In this document: positions 60,477 through 64,000 of the stretch, in pieces
Numbering within the stretch: position 1 is the first letter of the stretch
How the letters are laid out: each line of letters opens with the position of its first letter
Assembly: GCF_009914755.1 (NCBI RefSeq)
Contig: NC_060938.1
DNA length: 64,000 bases
Source of the DNA: the human T2T-CHM13v2.0 reference genome, Homo sapiens
Strand: one strand, 5' to 3'
Translations under genes and position numbers: made by a program
The notes under the pieces: generated by a model
Seen by the model: only the letters and a program-made list of their open reading frames with translations
Database searches by the model: none
Told to the model about the DNA's origin: nothing

Positions 60477-60822
60477 TTCTATGGTTTGAATGTCCCCTCC
60501 AAAACTCATGTTGGAACATGACAGTCACTGTGGCAATATTAAGAGATGGGACGATGGAGAGGGATTAGGCCATTAAGGCTCCACTTTCCTGACTGGATTA
60601 ATGTTGTTATGGTGAGAGTGGGTTGTTATAAAAGCAAATTTGGTCCTCTCTTGGTCTCTTTTCCTTCAGCCTTCTGCAATAAGAGGATGTAGCAAAAAGG
60701 CCCTGGCCAAATGTGGGGCCCTTGACCTTGGACTTCTCAGCCTCTAGAACTGTAAGAAATAAATTTATTTCATTACCCAATTTGTGGTATTCTATTATAG
60801 CAACATAAAATAAACTAAGACA
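60477..60822 (+). mobile_element. MSTC/D-like MaLR solo LTR
   Basis: 'ctatggtttgaatgtcccctccaaaactcatgttg...aaactaagaca'. Confidence 0.8.
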
Positions 60823-60855
60823 TCATCTAAACTGGGTTTATTCAAAGACAGTTCA

Positions 60856-60893
60856 GCGTTGGTGGTATAGTGGTGAGCACAGCTGCCTTCCAA
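60856..60893 (+). pseudogene. Tailless retrocopy of the 5' half of tRNA-Gly(TCC)
   Basis: gcgttggtggtatagtggtgagcacagctgccttccaa has one mismatch to recalled tRNA-Gly-TCC nt 1-38; TSD caaagacagttca / caaagacagctca. Confidence 0.9.
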
Positions 60894-61634
60894 AGACAGC
60901 TCAGATCCTAGCACTTCTTTCATGGCAACCAACTAAAAAAACTTTGAACAAAGTTTTGCTTATTAATAACATTCCTTTAGAGAAGAAATAGAAGAGCTTA
61001 GGTATGAGTGAATAAATGTCTGTGTGTATGATAAATGGCCCAAATTTCTCCAGAAATAGCTGGAAGGGAACCCCACCTTCTGACAGTGTCATTAACAAGC
61101 TGTGTGCTTTCACTGTCTCCATACTCAGAGCTCCCCACTGTGAGTCGGAATCTGTGATCTGGGACCAGCTGCTCTGCCAAGCACAGATTTTAATGAGGGA
61201 CTCTGCAATGGGAAACCATAGCTGCCACTGCTTTTTACATTACTAGGGGCTGCTGATTGGCACCAAGGAGGCTTGCCAAGGTCTTGGGGTGTGTAGAAGG
61301 AGCAGTGAGCTGTGTGCAGATAGAATTGTTGACAGTCAGTAAGAGCACACTACACAAACAGCTCCAGGCCACATGAAGCTTGCAAAATTAAACTTATTTG
61401 GATAGAAAATACAAAATTAAACTTAATTTCATTCAGCTGCATGTCATTGCATTTCAGGCAGATAAGAGTTTGTTTGTTTGTTTTTTCATGCAAACCTGTC
61501 TTCCCCCAAACCAAAATTTCTCCTTGACATACCCACCCACCCACACACTACCCAATATAAACCTGGTATAGAAGTACTTTATAGCTTTTATTGTGGTTTA
61601 TAATTATACATTTATATAATCATTTCATTAATAA

Positions 61635-62006
<372 letters not shown>

Positions 62007-62069
62007 TAGATGCTTTTCTAAATATTTATTGACTAAACAACCATCCTCCATGTGGGATGGAAGGTGATA

Positions 62070-62285
62070 CTACAGTAAAAAGTGGTAAATTAACCGGGTC
62101 CTGGATTTGGAGTCAGAAGTTCTGGATTTAAATCCCAACTCAGCATGTTACTTATTAGTTGTATGGTCCTGGGGAAATCACTTAAATGCTAGACATCTCA
62201 GTTTCTTTATCTGTAAATGAGAACAATGAAGGTAGTTTTTAAAATTCAATTCTCACAGGGTGGCTTTGAGAACTCAATAAGATAA
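62070..62285 (+). mobile_element. MIR
   Basis: 'ttggagtcaga...tcagtttctttatctgtaaatg'. Confidence 0.7.
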
Positions 62286-62289
62286 TATT

Positions 62290-62700
62290 GCCTTGGGTCA
62301 GGTTCCCCAGAAGCAGGGTCTAAGATGGGGATTCATAGACAAGTGATTTACTAAGAAATGCTCTCAGAAGAAACAGGCAAGGAAGTGGGGAAAGTAGAAC
62401 AGAGCAGAAAAAAAAAAAAAAGCCAAAGAAAGGCACAATTTCAGGCCAAGCCCCTTGGAGAGTTACCTCCACCTGCATCCACAGGGAAATTCTGGAGTAT
62501 AAATTATGCCTGAGTTTGTCCCAGCTCCACACCTGTCAGTCATTGGCTAAGGGCTGTCTCGAAGACCATAAATTTCCAGGTATTGACAACTTTGTGTGTT
62601 TGAGCAGAGGGGCTCTAGTGACTGGGGGCAGTCTTCCCGAGGAGGCAGGGGCAGGCTGATGGAAGCAAAAGAACTCCAAAGGTGAAGTCCACAGTTTTAG
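62290..62700 (-). mobile_element. Old ERVL LTR (LTR16/LTR33-like)
   Basis: 'gggtcaggttccccagaagcag...aagtgattta'. Confidence 0.45.
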
Positions 62701-64000
62701 TAAAAAGGAGTCAAGAGTGGGTCTGTGCCTGGCACACAGTAGGTGCTGGATTTGAATCTGCCTGTAGGCCAAAGGTGCACCATGCATTTCGGGCAGCAAG
62801 ACAGAAGAGCCTATGCAACTAAATATACAGAAGCCTGAAAAGTTTTCTGAATTATTGGCTTTGTCCAAAAGCTGAGTGTTCAATGCCCTGAACAGAGCCT
62901 TGAAGCAGCTTCCTGGGAAATGATCAATATTTTCATCCTCATTGCTAGTCAGGCTGTGGGTAAGAAACCAAGGTGAAGCTGACATTAAAATAATGAACAG
63001 GAAGTAATTCAGGGAAGATAAACTCAATTCTTCTTGAACCTTGGGAGATTTTTGGCAGAAGATGGAAAGGGTTCAGGAGTGGGTTCCAGCCACATTAATA
63101 GACAAATCCCCAAGAGTTGAATCCTGGAATAAGTTTCATAAATCACCAGTAAAGGTATCTCTTACCACACCCTGAGGCCAAACCAGCTTCAACCAACATC
63201 TACAAAGGGAGCATCAGGCAGCCCCCAGTGAACATCTCATTAGCTAGATAGTCAGGGGCTTTGTATAGGGCATTTAACCTTTAATGGACTGGAGGGGCTA
63301 AAACTCCAAAACTGAGAGAAGCTTAGACGTAACTTATTATTTCATCAGTCTCTAAAATCAGGACGTCCCAATAACTGGGGACCTTTCCACTTTATCTCCC
63401 ATGGGGCATTAAATTTGGGAATTTAGTGGGTTGATGAAAATTTGACTCCTACTGTGTGAATGATGGCTCTCAAAGCACTTTAGTTGTTTCTTCTGCCAGG
63501 TAAAGAGAAAACAACACCCAAAATAGTTGTCATGGGGAAGAAGAAAGAGGAAAAAGCTACAAACAGAACTCTGAAGCTCCACTTACAGCCCCCCACCCCC
63601 ACCCCATTTTAATTCCAACGAATATTGGTTGAGCTGTCAGCCCAGGCGGGACTCCCTGTTACCTCCAGGGGGCAAATGAAAGTGAGTCAGGTGGCCCCAG
63701 CACTCATCCTGCAGTGGAGTGGTCTCAGGAAAGTATGCTGATATTGAAGGCAAAGATGAGGATTATTTCAAGAATCAAGGGTGGCTCTGAGAGACAAGTG
63801 CCAGAACTGAGGGAGAGGGTAAGGATGAAGAAAGCCAGATGGGTCTTGGGTAGGGGCAGAAGTCAGGGATGGTGATGATACAGAAGTGGCACAGACGGCT
63901 TAGAAGAAGCTATTTTTCTCCCTCTCAACATTCTCATCTTCAACCACCAAAAGAAACATCTGCCCCAAAAGAAACATCCCCTCACTCAGTGCTTCCTGAG

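Noticed and set aside
60856-60893. Functional tRNA gene
   Set aside because: 3' half (T-arm/B box, acceptor 3' strand) is absent

Overview
Primate (human-like) non-genic DNA made mostly of transposable-element remnants; I find no supportable host protein-coding gene, and every convincing ORF belongs to LINE-1. Subfamily names below come from recalled consensus sequences, not database searches. The main structure is two L1PA elements in divergent inverted orientation (2716-8857 minus; 19976-25632 plus) about 11 kb apart. Each still sits in its own insertion site and has a different 5' UTR and 3' end, yet they share the same private inactivating mutations over about 3.9 kb, including long perfectly identical blocks. 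This points to repeated ectopic gene conversion and makes the pair a likely inversion substrate. The right L1 is a spliced retrocopy (exact loss of the 524-nt 5'UTR intron) with a short 3' transduction; the left L1 keeps an open ORF0. Other notable items: a G-to-A hypermutated THE1 element (APOBEC3 signature), a tailless 5'-half tRNA-Gly retrocopy with target-site duplication, a dense nested ERV LTR cluster at 27.5-48 kb, and several local non-TE duplications or templated insertions.
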